DNA of 56,374 nucleotides, counting the filler, from Sluysia triapertura (taxonomy: Eukaryota), in NCBI GenBank assembly GCA_046118255.1. It is 3 parts of 3 records of this genome, joined end to end, with 100 filler letters (N's around TTAATTAATTAA, not from the genome) between each part and the next. Parts side by side here need not be neighbours in the genome. Positions count along the whole stretch, not along the records: positions 31,367 to 44,258 come from JBJNIA010074053.1; positions 44,359 to 56,374 come from JBJNIA010147387.1; 1 more part is not named here. One strand, given 5' to 3'. This document shows, piece after piece, positions 35,530-48,467 of the stretch. The notes under the pieces were generated by a model that saw nothing but the letters and a program-made list of their open reading frames with translations, did not search any database and was not told the DNA's origin. The position numbers and the translations under genes are program-made. Within the stretch, counting starts at the first letter, position 1, and each line of letters starts with the position of its first letter.

Positions 35530-38500
35530 TGTTTATTTATTTATATACGTTCGCAACAATTTATTACATAAAAGGAAAAATTGAAATATTTACAAACATT
35601 CATAGTTATAGTTGTAGTCGTATTGGAAAATTCAAAGGATTTTATTAATTTATTAAAGGGCGGAAAAGAAAGAAACATAATATTATTCACAACGAAAAAG
35701 AAAAGGAAACCGAAAGGTAAGAAAATTAATAGTTAAGTGGGATATTGAAGAGAATGGTCTTTATTAATATTAAAGGAAGATTCTAGGGATAGTTTGATAC
35801 ACTGGCATGCCAAACCAGTAATATCAGCTTTACGGAAACCTAACTTTTTAAGGACAGAAGCATTTTCTGGATCCCACGAGGCAAAACTCCAACTACAAAT
35901 ACGTCTAGGGAGGCGGAACATTTGAGTTGGTCTTGGAGTTTTTGCCTCAGGTCAGAATACTTGGTAATAATCATGAATAGGGGATTTGATGTCTATGAAA
36001 AACAGTTGGGAAGAATTAGTACCTTGCTCTTGAATATCAGGTCTCCTATAATCTCCAACTAATGGGTTTTGGATATCTTTTTTTCTTTGTTTTATTTTAT
36101 TATGTCTTACGCCAGTGATGGTATGTGGGCAGAAACACACCAAGGAGAGGTAAGAGGAAGATTAAGTCGAATGTTTGGGGATAAAAATTAAGTTTCAAAA
36201 TATTATTTCTGGCTTTAGTCATGAAAATCCAACACTGGTTTCTTAATTGTAGGGAAAAAGAACGACCGGATAAAGGACTTTTCATAAAATATTCGACAAT
36301 GCGACCTTGAACTTTACGGGATTTCTAGGAATTGGTTTTGGAAAGGTTAATCAGCTCATGCAGATATTTCCCCACTTTATCTTTATAAAACCGATTAAAA
36401 GTGACTTTATAATCACCAAGGATGTCACATTTAAATTCAGCTTAGTGCGTTCCTCACAATAAACGAAGCTGACATTGATTTTATATTTTCGGAACAGGTT
36501 TAGGATTGATTGGCGAATTTTTGTCTACCATATCTGGACTCTTGAGCGTTTGTCGGCTTTAGCATCATCAGACGTATTCCGTCTGTCAACCTTATTCAGT
36601 CTGGCAGAAGCGACACGAAGTATTTCTTGTAAAGCTATTAAAAAGTCAGAAGGTACAGACTATATTCTGGTGGATGCAGTCATCATACGAGGAAATTAAA
36701 CTGAAGCCACCATGATTTTTATGAGCAAATAAAAAGGAATTTTTAAATGGAAAGTTTTTCAGACCGAGGAAGCCCTTCGGTATATGATATAATTTCTCAT
36801 CATATCCAGTAGTTTGTGGAAGGTTCATGGATTTCCTTGCGTGAGGACTAAGTAATGTTTGGGTGTTTATATTCATTTTGCGAAAATGAAAGGGAAAGCC
36901 AGAGTGAATAAAGTTGCGAAACATGATGAATTTGTTTCTGTAACTTAAAGTAGAGTCCTGTATTTTACGGGCCAGAGTTAGGTCTTCATTGATAAGGTCA
37001 GTCAAATAATGTTTCTTGGTTTCGCCAAATGAAACACCAAGGTAGATCATGTTTTCTCCATCTTCCATGTTCACAATAGGTATATCATTGATAAGATGGG
37101 AAAGGTTTATATTACATTGGATATTGTGAAAGTAAAAACATTTGTTGGAGCGAAAGATAAGATTTGCAGATTTCAGATGTTCTACTATGGATGTAAGTAT
37201 TCGCTGGAGGTAATTATGTGAAGTAGCAATTAGTGAAATATCATCTATATTCCACTAAGTGATATAGAATATTGACCAGAATTAAATATGTGAAAGAGAT
37301 AATCGATGGCTAGACAGAAAAGGGTCATGGAGATATGACAACCCTATTTAACTCTATATTTGATTGGAACGGGATCCGTTACAAGTTAGTTACATTTGTA
37401 ACTCCTAGTACTTCATCACATACATCTTTGATATGGTTAGGGTATGTTGGTGTGGATAGAGCCAAAAGCCTTGGCTAAATCAAGAAATATTACGTATCGC
37501 TCAGTTTCATTAAGAGACTCAGTAATTTCCTGAAGGGGGTGTGGTGTGGAATTATGCTCAGTGCATCCATCAGAACGTAACAACATGGTTTATTAAGTTA
37601 CCACTATGTATCCACGATCGTTTAATATCTTAGTAAAGATACGATATGTACAGTCGAGTATAGCAATTGGTAGCCAGGATGATAAATTTATTCGGTTTAA
37701 TTATAAGTAAGGTGGTGACGGTTTTCCAGGCCCATGGTATTTTTTGAAGGGAAATAATTTTATTAAAGAAAAGACCTCGAAATGTAGCCGATGGATCAAT
37801 ATTTTTAATATTTTGTTTGATCCGGAACAGATATTTTTACAAGATTTTAGGGTGATTTGGATTTCTCTTTCAGTTATTGATGTGTCCATACAGTAAAGCA
37901 GCATTCCAATGTGAGATGGATCGAAAGGAAGAACAATCCCAAATCCATGGTATTTACAGATTTCAATCACCGATGGAATAATGGGAATGATGTATCTGTA
38001 ATCAATTGGAATGCTTTAGTCTGATTCTTTCTGTTTAAGATGTGATCTAATTTTAAATTGGAATAGGATATTGTGAAATTTGGTTGGGAAAAGTTTATGT
38101 ATCAAGTCACAAAATTCTGAAAGGTTATCATTATGAATTATATTACAAAGCGATTGAATAGAGGGATGTGGGTATTTACTTTTTCTGTTCGACGATTGCT
38201 TAATACAGTGGACTCAATGTTGATTATTATTTCCCTTGTGGCAGAACATGAGAATATCAGGTTACGTTTGTATTGTAGAGCGATATTAAAGGGATCACAA
38301 TCAGTAGGACCAACCTTGTATGGATGAATATACTGGGAATGTAGTGTATGCGGTCAAGTCATTTCTAAAAAAAGTCACGCAGGAGATATAAATGACGGTG
38401 CAATAAAAATTGTTATCTATGTTAAAGATAAGAAGAATCCAGTGATTCTGAATGTTTAGGACCAAGTAGAAACGTTACCAAATTGCGCATTTTGGAAGGG

Positions 38501-40470
38501 AAAAATTGTTTAGAAATGCTTGTTCATCGTTGAACAATGCAAAGTTGGCAACAATAGAATGGATCACTACTGAGTTAGCGTCAGAGATGTATGCATCAAA
38601 GAAAGTCATAACTGCGTCCAAAGATAGTCAATCTGACTCTGGTTGTGGAATCCAGATCTTTGGTATCTGGGACAAAATTAAGGTTATTGGAGGTAGTATG
38701 GGTTAGTAAATATTGGAAAAGCAAAGTTAGGTTTTCAAAGACAAGGGAATAGAAATATATAATAACTAGCTGGGTACAAATAAGCTTATGTTAATGTCGT
38801 TTAAGGATATGGATATCGTTAGGGTTCAGTTTTTGGTAATCCCGCAGGAGGTACACTGAACCATGTAGGAGAAGATACAGAACAAAGGATTTGGATGTCA
38901 TGCTCCGGTACACAGGGCATGGGAGTGATCCTTTTCCCTGCGTCGCGGATGTCACTGTTTAATACATTAGTCTGCTCAGTGTGAGACATGGTGAAATCTT
39001 CCCAAGTTTTGATTGCACCACAGGTGCACTTTACCTTTAATTCATTCATAGTGGTGGTGAATTGGTGTTTCCCGATAAAGTGTCTATGGAGTTAGCTATA
39101 ATCAAAGAGTTTCTTAATTTTAAAGCCCTTCATATTACAGTCGAAGAGAGAACATTTAATATAACTATTAGGGGAGATAAAGATGTGAGAGTCAAATCTA
39201 AGTGATACAAATGTTGAGGTTTAGTCATCGAGGTCAGCCGATTCAGAAATTGATTGGTTCTCAGTAGACTTTCAGGAACTTTCAGGACACTCGTTAGGGA
39301 TAAGATCAACAGGATCGTGGTGCAGGATAAATTTACATCAGAATCTTGTAGTGGTGCATCTTCTGTAACGCAAAGGCTTTCTAGGATTACCTTTAGGGAA
39401 ATAGGAGGTAAAACAGTAGTCGACGTGGGAATGGAAGTATCAATATCTTTAGGAAGAGGAGGAGAAGGAATAGGCAAATGTCCTGTGTCATTGAGTTTGA
39501 CACAGAAATATGTATTATCATTTAATGTGATAATAAAGTTGTTGGTGAAGAAACCTTTAGTAATATATAGGAGAGGTTTCATCACTGCTTCAGTATGAGG
39601 CGCCACTTTTATCTGAAAATTATTACTTTTGAATGGTTCCTCTTTCAACTCATTATATATACGTGGTAAGTGAGGTCTAGGTCGATTATGCCTGACATTT
39701 TGAAGACGCTGGTTGTATGGAGCCACTGAAGAATTAGAGTGGGTAGTGTCATTGATTTTGTAACTTGGGTTAGAGTTATTTTCCCTTTGATATCCGTCCA
39801 TTTTGGAATACAGACGGGTGTCAAGTCCTTGGGTTTTTTTCTTTGGCACTGGTTTCAAAATCCCCCTATTTTGTACCTCAGAGTATGGCTGAGGTGCCGA
39901 TTGAAATCCCAAAAGTAGGGTGGGACGAAGTTTCGGTTTTCCTTTAAGGAAAAGCGGTTCAGGTCGAAGAAAAGCACGAATTGCCTGAGGATCAATTTTT
40001 AGAAATGAGCGCAAAGGTCTCCAAATACCCACAAACCATGACATCAGTTGGTTGGTCTGTAATTGAAATGGAATGGGGCATTTAGGAGAAATATGATATC
40101 CCTAAGATTTAGTATGGTTCAATTGCGCTGACAGAGTCCTTTCTATATAGCATTTGTATTTTGATCATTGTGCCGTCGTAAAGAGTCGAACATAGGCTCA
40201 ATCGTCATTAGTATCAATAACAACGAGAGAGAAATGAGCTCTAGTGTAAATAATTGTGCAGATAGTGGGTTAACCGGGACATATCCTAGTATTGATCTTT
40301 TAAAAAGATAAGGAATTTTGTAGTAGGATTCTCATAATGAAGTAATGAGGACCTTCCCCTATGAGTGGTTTAGAATGGATATAAGTTTTTATTGATAACA
40401 ACCCCTTATAGAATGGGAGAATAAAGATGGATGAATGGACAACTCCTTATATCTTTTACAAAGGTGGTAC
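35530..40470 (-). mobile_element. Decayed R2-group non-LTR retrotransposon with Ulp1-like protease (NeSL-like architecture)
   Basis: Minus-strand order: zinc-finger remnants (~39100-38990); Ulp1/C48 motifs *LSLDAV, LNIQNHWILL, GPTDCDPF (~38630-38290); RT motifs WLPIAIL, VIFLDLAKAFG, VK*GCHISMTLF, IDDISL, YLGV (~37700-37030); REL motif RHN..RPDI..IDIKSP (~36110-35980); then AATAAA and a (TAAA)n 3' end. Element ends are approximate. Confidence 0.85.
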
Positions 40471-41519
40471 GACAATAAATAAATAAAAATAAAAATGATT
40501 TGCATAAATAAATGATAAAAACATCATACAAACAATTAAAATTCAAATACTTCAGAAATAAAGATAGCATCACAACATTGTGGAACTTTTCAAAGCAGCT
40601 TGGTAGATGCAATGGTACTTTGCATTATTATCGTGATAATTTTGAAGGATGTGATTTGACTCGGTTGGAGGAATATTCTCCGGAAAATGTCCCAAAAATA
40701 AAAATGAAAATTTAAACATGTTGAAACAAATTTATTTTCGCTCGTCAATTATTACGCGGGCAATTGTTAGGGAATTGACGCAACGCCAGTGCTCATTACT
40801 GCAAGATAAACAGGACACATATGTTAAATTTCAATAACGAGTAAGGATTAAGGAACTAAATTATTGGTTAAAGAGAGGGAAACTTATTATAGAGATGTTA
40901 TATGATGAAAATTCTGAACAGAGAAAAATGGTATGAAAACATCAGAATTATTGATAATAGATTAATATTATTTGATTACATATATCACTATTCATTATCG
41001 AAGAATACATTTTGATTACAGATGTTACTGTTTGAATGATAAAACATTATTAGAAAATGATTTTGAAAATTGATTATGCAAACTTTCCCAAATTAGTAAT
41101 AAATGCAACATAAATTAAAATAAAATAACTCATAAAATATTATTGATATAGGAGTGGCCAGTTATTACATTGTTAATTAGTTTTGTTGCAATTTTGATAA
41201 ATAACATTTTATAACAACTTAGTGTAAATTATTACATTTTAGACAACATTTCCATTTCCGTTATTAGTGGGACAAATTAAAACTCAAATTAATACACTCA
41301 AGACTCAAATTATTAAACATATAAAATTATAAAACCTCTAAAAAACTTAAAATAAGACAACGAAATTCCTATAATAACCTTCTTTTTTTATTTTTCTTTC
41401 TTTTAACTCGCATTTTATTTCTTTCAACACTTTTGCCAACAGGAATTTCATCTATATCTTCTGCTTTGAAATTTTTACATCATACTACTCTGTAAAACAA
41501 TTAAATAAACTGCGGGAAA

Positions 41520-42802
41520 ATGTTGACTAGAAACTCTTCAATTAACAAATAAAGACATAATCATAAGTTGTATGAACACTTACAGAAAGAATGCGAAAAT
41601 AAGTGTAATCGAATGTACGAATGTACAACTGCATAAATAAACATTTGAATCGAAGGAAGATTCCATAAAAGTTAAAGATAAACTTAATAATGCATTTTCT
41701 GAACTGAAATATAAATCAAGTTCTACTATGAAATTTGGTTTGTTAAAAAGTTACAGCTTAAAAAAGAAAAACTAAAAAAAGCCTTAAATGATGAAAGATT
41801 CAAGTCTCAATTAAAATAACTGAATTAAATTCTTTTTTGGTATCGAGTTTGGAGAACATGATTTCAAATATAATCAGCTTCAGTTGGAGCTAAGCAATGA
41901 GGGTCGAGAATCATTTAAAAAGATTATTAATTCGATGATTGATCAGAAAGTAAATTTATGAAATGAATGCAGGGGCGAACTAAGGTCTAGGCAACCTAAG
42001 CAAGTGACTAGGGCCCGAAAATTAGGTTTTTAATTTTTATAATTAATTTTTATTTTTATTTAACAGAAAAACGTGATATTCATAATTATTGTCGAATCGT
42101 TGATTGATGAAGTCGATGTGTGTAAATACAATCGACCCTTTACTATGCACATGTTTAAAAAGTCATGACTAAAAATAGGCCAGCTTTAATCTTAGTCCGC
42201 CACTGAATGAATGCGATCATCGTATCAGAAAAATGAGAACATAATTGGACAGTCGCATTCGACAATTCATGAATCAAATTCATGAATTGGAAGTGAAAAT
42301 GAAACTTGGAATCAAAAGTGCAGAAGTACTGAAATTAAAGAATCATTTGGAAGTATCGAATTCTCATTTGTCTGAAGAGAACAATATGATTCATAATCAG
42401 AAACAGACACTCTACAAAGAAATCAGATTGAATAAAATGGTAATCAAAGAAGTGTCTTCAACAACACTACCAGAAACAATTCATACAATCAAATATGTTA
42501 ATACAAATTCCATAGCTACTGCCGCTACAGATTCAGCAACTAATATTGTACAAAATCGATTAAATTTTATTCTATGCTGTAATAGTTTATCAGACCGGAT
42601 TCGTTACTATGGACCAGACTTTGTGAAGGGTCTGAAGCATATCAAATTATTAAAGCATTATCAACAATACTTCTCTTATATCCAGAAGATGAGAACAAAA
42701 TTAAGCATATATTGGATACTCGATTTTCTCGGTTTTCTACTGCCAACAAATCTAACTCGAATTCAAAGTCAGGAAATTGAGGAAAAAGAAACAAATTCTT
42801 AA
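41520..42802 (+). pseudogene. Decayed coiled-coil-like coding region of unknown family
   Basis: After removing the MITE and one TSD, the frame QLELSNEGRESFKKIINSMIDQKVNL*NECDHRIRKMRT*LDSRIRQF runs into ORF 42245-42802. Confidence 0.4.
41970..42205. mobile_element. hAT-type MITE, 236 bp
   Basis: TIRs CAGGGGCGAACTAAG and CTTAGTCCGCCACTG. Perfect 8-bp TSD AATGAATG at 41962-41969 and 42206-42213. Confidence 0.93.
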
Positions 42803-42833
42803 CTATCTCAATTATCTATCGTTTAATTGACTT

Positions 42834-42880
42834 ATAATAATAATAATAATAATAATTATTATTATTATTATTATTATTAT
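42834..42880. repeat. Head-to-head (TAA)n/(TTA)n microsatellite forming a palindrome
   Basis: ataataataataataataat is followed directly by tattattattattattattatt. Confidence 0.9.
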
Positions 42881-43024
42881 GATAACAACAAAATAATTAC
42901 TGCATCGTAATAATTACTGATACCCAAATTAGAAAAGCTCACTTAATTTTTGTTATTATAAAGAATTTTAATGATTAAAAGTCAAAAAATCCAAGCTCTA
43001 GTTAAAATCAGTGTCATCATATTA

Positions 43025-43221
43025 AAGCTAATTAACATAAAATATGAAACAAATGAAATAAAGCTACATTATACCAAAGTTAATTAACATAAAGTATAAA
43101 AGGAATGAAGTAATGCTCATTGCACCACAACTAATTAACATGACGTATGAAACAAGTGAAATAAAGCTCATTGTACCGAAGCTAGTTAACGCATTATATA
43201 TAAAACGTGAAATAAAGCTGG
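43025..43221. repeat. ~51-bp tandem repeat, ~4 copies
   Basis: Unit approximately agctaattaacataaaatatgaaacaaatgaaataaagctcattgtaccaa. Confidence 0.85.
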
Positions 43222-44258
43222 ATAACGAATCAAACCTACCAATAGAAGGTGTTAAACCATAACTATCAATCCAAGCCTGCAGATCTTGTCATTTCTCATA
43301 GCATCATATTGCAAAAGAGATTAAAATAAGAATCGGTAATTATTCTGATTCATTCTATTGTAAAATAAAATTTTGTCTATAAAACATTTATTTGTTATCT
43401 TAGTTTGTTTTTCATCCTCCCTAATTTATCAAATAACGTCACGATATTAATTTTTATAATTTTGAATTAACAAAAGTATTAATTATAATTTATAATCAGA
43501 TAATTTATAATCTTGTCTAAATAGCGTTACAATAATATTAAATAATAACATAATTATAATATCCAATTTAATGTCTCCAAACTCTTATTTAAAATAGAGC
43601 ATAAGAATGAGCACTATATTTTATACGAGAATGATCAATAGTACAACACTGTCGGAAACTCAAAGTTGATATTTTAATCAAGTAGGATTAAAAACAGTGC
43701 ATCATAAATAAAATAAAAAAAATATAAAATAATATTATTTAAAAAATAATTAAAAATAGATTTTTCATGGATTTCATCACTGTTTTAAATATAGCTAATT
43801 GTCAAATAATCTAAACTGCAGATAACTTTGATAAGCGAGAAACTAATAATTTAACGCAATTTTTTTCTGTAAAGTTGTAACCTAGTATATNNNNNNNNNN
43901 NNNNNNNNNNNNNNNNNNNNNNNNNNNNNNNNNNNNNNNNNNNNNNNNNNNNNNNNNNNNNNNNNNNNNNNNNNNNNNNNNNNNNNNNNNNNNNNNNNNN
44001 NNNNNNNNNNNNNNNNNNNNNNNNNNNNNNNNNNNNNNNNNNNNNNNCACTGACATGAGATAAAATTAACTGTTTATATAAAATGTAGACATTTTTTAAA
44101 AAATAATAATTCCAACTGTGAACCATTAAATGTCTGACCTGACAAGTTATATATTATTATATCTGATATATTTCTAATTTTTTTTATCAATAGTCCTTAT
44201 ATAATCTAATTAGTAAAATAATTTATAATACTTTTTAAAATTTGTATAATTCTTAATT

Positions 44259-44358
44259 NNNNNNNNNNNNNNNNNNNNNNNNNNNNNNNNNNNNNNNNNN
44301 NNTTAATTAATTAANNNNNNNNNNNNNNNNNNNNNNNNNNNNNNNNNNNNNNNNNNNN
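44259..44358. other. Artificial contig linker (N44-TTAATTAATTAA-N44)
   Basis: Same spacer as at 31267-31366. Confidence 0.97.
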
Positions 44359-44668
44359 TTTATTCCATCTTTTGACACTATATGTCCTAAAAATTCAACT
44401 TTTTCCTCAGCCCATACACATTTAGTTGGTTTAATTTTCAGTCTAGCTATTTCCAATCTGTTTAAAATGTTGTCGATATCTTTTATGTGTGTATCGAAAT
44501 CTTTAGAAAATATTATTATATCATCTATGTACACCATAACATTTTTACATCCAGACAATACGAAATTCATACATCTCTGAAAAGTTGCAGGTGCGCCAGT
44601 TAACCCGAATGGCATTTTTTCACATTCGTATAATTCGTCACCACAAGTGAATGCGGTTTTATGTTTAA
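44359..44668 (-). mobile_element. Ty3/gypsy LTR-retrotransposon RT fragment
   Basis: KHKTAFTC..MPFGLTGAPATFQR..VYIDDIIIFS..KC...VEFLGHIVSKDGI. Confidence 0.92.
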
Positions 44669-46986
44669 ATAAAATAAATAAATGTTAAACAATTGCAATG
44701 ATATAATATGTAACAATAAGTAAATTTATTTTGACTCAGGATTAATTATTGAGTTCTTGAAAGTATTAAAAATTATTTCAAGTGTACTTTAACTCTAAAA
44801 TATTATAGATTAACTTATAATCAATAAACTTACGAGATCATCAACATTAGTAAGAAAATTGTAATATTCTGTTAAATCAATATCTCCGGATAGAAAATGC
44901 CTTTTTTGTGCAATGATTCCAAATGAAATAATTTTGAATACCAATCACCAGAATAATGGTTCCAAATGAAATTTCGAATACTGTTTCCAAATTATTAATT
45001 TCTGCGAGTGTGAATTTGAGTGCAAGTGTGAGTGAGCGAGTGTCTTCTGAATACTGCAATTCTCTAATTAAAAGATAAAAAATTACCAAAATTAAACCAA
45101 AATAAAATAAAATTGAATATTAATTATAAGTGTTTAATAGAATTAAAATTGATTGATTTATAAACATTGCCATTTTTTCTAGAGATAAACTAAAAATGAT
45201 TCATAAACATAATAATTCATGATATAGATAAAATAAATTTATTTATAAATATTGTCATTTTTTCAAAAATGATTTATAAACAAAACGTCACTTTTGAATT
45301 GTTTATTAAAATAAGAATAATTTTAATTATTATTTTAAATTTATTATTTTTCGTAAATATTTAATTTTTTGTAAATTTTAATTATTTTAATAGCCTTCTA
45401 CAAATTTATTTTTACAAATCTACAATTATTTACAAATTTAATTAACAAATACTTAGCTGCTTACAAGTCTATTTACTCTACAAATCTATTTAATCTTGCA
45501 AAAATTTGTATTTAGTTTATTGTTAGAATCTTTGTAAATAAATTATATATTCTTGTTATCATTATTTTAGTAAATAAAATTTAGTAGTTCTTTACTGTAA
45601 TCTCATTGAATTTTAAAACTACATACCGTTTAATCGACGCAAATCACTATTGTGCTAATATAATTTAAAATCGCTAATGTACAGACCCTCAATTTAGTTA
45701 AATTTGTCGGAAAATTTACAACTACAAATTTAGGCCGTAGATTTTAATCGAACCCATAAGGATTTAATTTATTTTGCTTAGGTAAGAAATAGTAAGAAAA
45801 TAAATCCAGCATTGTTATAAAAGAATTTTCATTGTATAATTGTGATTTTATTAAAGAATATATCGAGATTCCGAATTCGTTTAATTACTGGGTTATAGTT
45901 TGATAATTTAAAGTAAACGTATAAAAGACACAATATATCGAATGAGTATATACGTATTCCTCATCAGTTTTTATCTGATAAAATCAATGCTGAAAAACCT
46001 GTTAAAATTATTATTATTATAATAGAAAATTATTTTTATTATATTACAATTATTTTCGATTTACTATAATAATAATAATAAACATAATAATAATAAAGAC
46101 GTTAGTTTAACGTTTTTTAAGATTTTTAAGATCTTGACATTTCCTTAAGCGTATTACTAAATATATCTTTCATTACAATGTACTAATTATTAATGTAGGT
46201 AACAACATCATTAATCAAATTTGTAAGTTTCTTTTACTTGTCAACTCAAAATTAACCTAGAGAACTTGACTTTCTCTTAAGAATTCATATTCTTTTGAGT
46301 ACTTCTGCATATTTAATTTAAAGATACTTTTTTCTTTAACTCCTTAAAAAAACTATTGTCTCCAGTTTTCCAATATTGTGTTAATCTACGAAGAATCACA
46401 ATTTTTGATCGTTATATAATTTTTTGTCAAAACAGTTGATTAGTTGATTATTCCTGATTTACATTAATTTTGAGATTATCAGTTCATATCATCTAATATC
46501 TTGTTAGTGTGATTACACATATTTAGATTCTGTGTTAGTTATTTTCAATTGATAATTAAGTTAGATATAATACTATCAAGTACAACATATTAATATGTTA
46601 ATCATTAATTATTTGAGAAAATAATATATAATTAAATAATGTAACTAAAATAATACAAGTTAACTATGCAAGATATTTTACTTTTGACACCTGTTAAAAA
46701 TACGTACTTAAATATAATCTAACTTCAAAATTATATAAATAATAAGTTACTTTTTTCTAAGTTTCTGGTATTTTATACTTCTAATCGAGGTATAAATATA
46801 TTATTTCTTTATTATCATATCTCTAAAGAAGCAGGACAAATGTATAATAAAAATGCAGAAAATAGTATTAACATAGAGATATTTTTTTGGATATATAAGG
46901 AAACTACTTGTTAGATAGCTATTTTTTTAAGTTTACATATTTATAAATTAAATATATATTAAAAATTTAAAATCAATAAATATAAC

Positions 46987-47383
46987 ATGGTTCGGAAAAG
47001 AAAATCACAATGTAAAAATAAAAATATTAAAGTTAAAAAAACAATTAAACAAAATTTAGAAGGGCAACCAGAATCTAATCAGCAAACTAGTACTGTGTTA
47101 AAATATTGCTTTTTTGAGTATATATTTTTAAAAATTGTGTAATATTTAATTATATTTAGGTTCAATTGCTCAACAGAAACATTTATGCGAAGAATGCCAC
47201 AAAAAAGTTAATTATCTTGGAATCATATGTAAATGTGGTAAATTGGTTTGTTCACGACATAAATTTAATGACATGCATAACTGTACTTATGATTGGAAAG
47301 AACATGGTAAAAAAGAAATTGAAAAACAAAATCCAGTTATTGTAGCAAAGAAGATCGACAAAATTGTCAATGAATCTAATTAA
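46987..47383 (+). CDS. AN1-type zinc-finger protein (ZFAND5/6-like C-terminus), two exons 46987-47089 + 47160-47383, 108 aa
   Basis: Exon 2 reads CEECHKKVNYLGIICKCGKLVCSRHKFNDMHNCTYDWKEHGKKEIEKQNPVIVAKKIDKI. A phase-1 GT-AG intron of 70 nt joins it in frame to the ATG at 46987. Confidence 0.88.
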
Positions 47384-47666
47384 CAGTAACTATCTTAATA
47401 TTGTCCTTGAATTATGTTTTAATGGATTCTTAATTTATAAAAAATAAATATATTAAATGTTTTCTATTTTATAAATTATGGTTTTTATGGTGTTACTAAT
47501 TTAAGTAAAAATAAAATTTTGTAGACCAATCATTTTTGTAATAAATTGTGACATTGTTGTATTTGAAGGTAAACATTTAATTCTACTTAATTAAAATTTT
47601 TTGAAATTAATTAATGTTACATCTAAATTAAGGAAAAAATGAATTAGAGTTATACGTTTTTTTGTA

Positions 47667-48467
47667 ATGGATCGTCAATATCGCAATAGTGTTGTTAAGC
47701 GTTTAGAGCGCTTAATTGGTATGATGCAACATCCTGAGACAGGAGTGCCATTCAAGTAAATATTTATGTAAAAAGGAATTAACATTTTAATTATAGGTCA
47801 CAGAAAATGTTCTTAAGTACAATTCCAGCTGCAGTATCAGGAGCTGATTTTATAACTTGGCTAATGGAAAAATTACAAACAGATGATATAGCTGAAGCAA
47901 ATACAATTGCGAATTTATTTTGTTATTACGGTTATATTTATCCAATTGCCGATTATAAATCATTGGTAGTCAAAGATGACCCAGGAGTATTATATCGGTT
48001 CCAGGCACCATATTTTTGGTTATCCAAAGTCAGTAAACCAGACGCAATGGATTATGCTATATATCTAGTGAAAAGATCTTTACGTGGACGACAAAAATAT
48101 AGTTTAGAAGAATACGAACAAGGGGCTTTAGATCGATTACAGAAGATGTTGTGTGACAAATGGGAATTTATTTACATGCAAGTAGGTCTTATACAGTTAC
48201 TATTGTTTATTAATTTACATTGAAATATTTAATTCAATGAAATAATTTATTTGAATTAGGCGGAAGAACAAGTTAGACTGGGCAAAGAACGGAAAAAAAG
48301 TGACAGAACAGTTATTCATGCCCAAGAAAGGGCATTTTGGCGTATACATAGACCTCCTCCAGGTCGGCCTTGTCGTGTGGAAGAAAGCCTTTCAAGAAAT
48401 ATTCCATTATCACAAATGTTTAGTAAAAAAGAAAATTTGCGAAAGAAAATGATGCGCAAAGATGAAG
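47667..48467 (+). CDS. R7-family regulator of G-protein signalling (RGS6/7/9/11-like), DEP + DHEX exons only
   Basis: Exons 47667-47755, 47797-48181 and 48260-48467 with GT-AG introns of 41 and 78 nt. Motifs YRFQAPYFW, DYAIYLVKR, KWEFIYMQ|AEEQV and QERAFWRIHRPPPG. Confidence 0.93.

Noticed and set aside
40600-40830. Tc1/mariner transposase fragment (NASAH.. motif)
   Set aside because: Only one short degenerate motif, with no TIRs or other DDE residues recognised.
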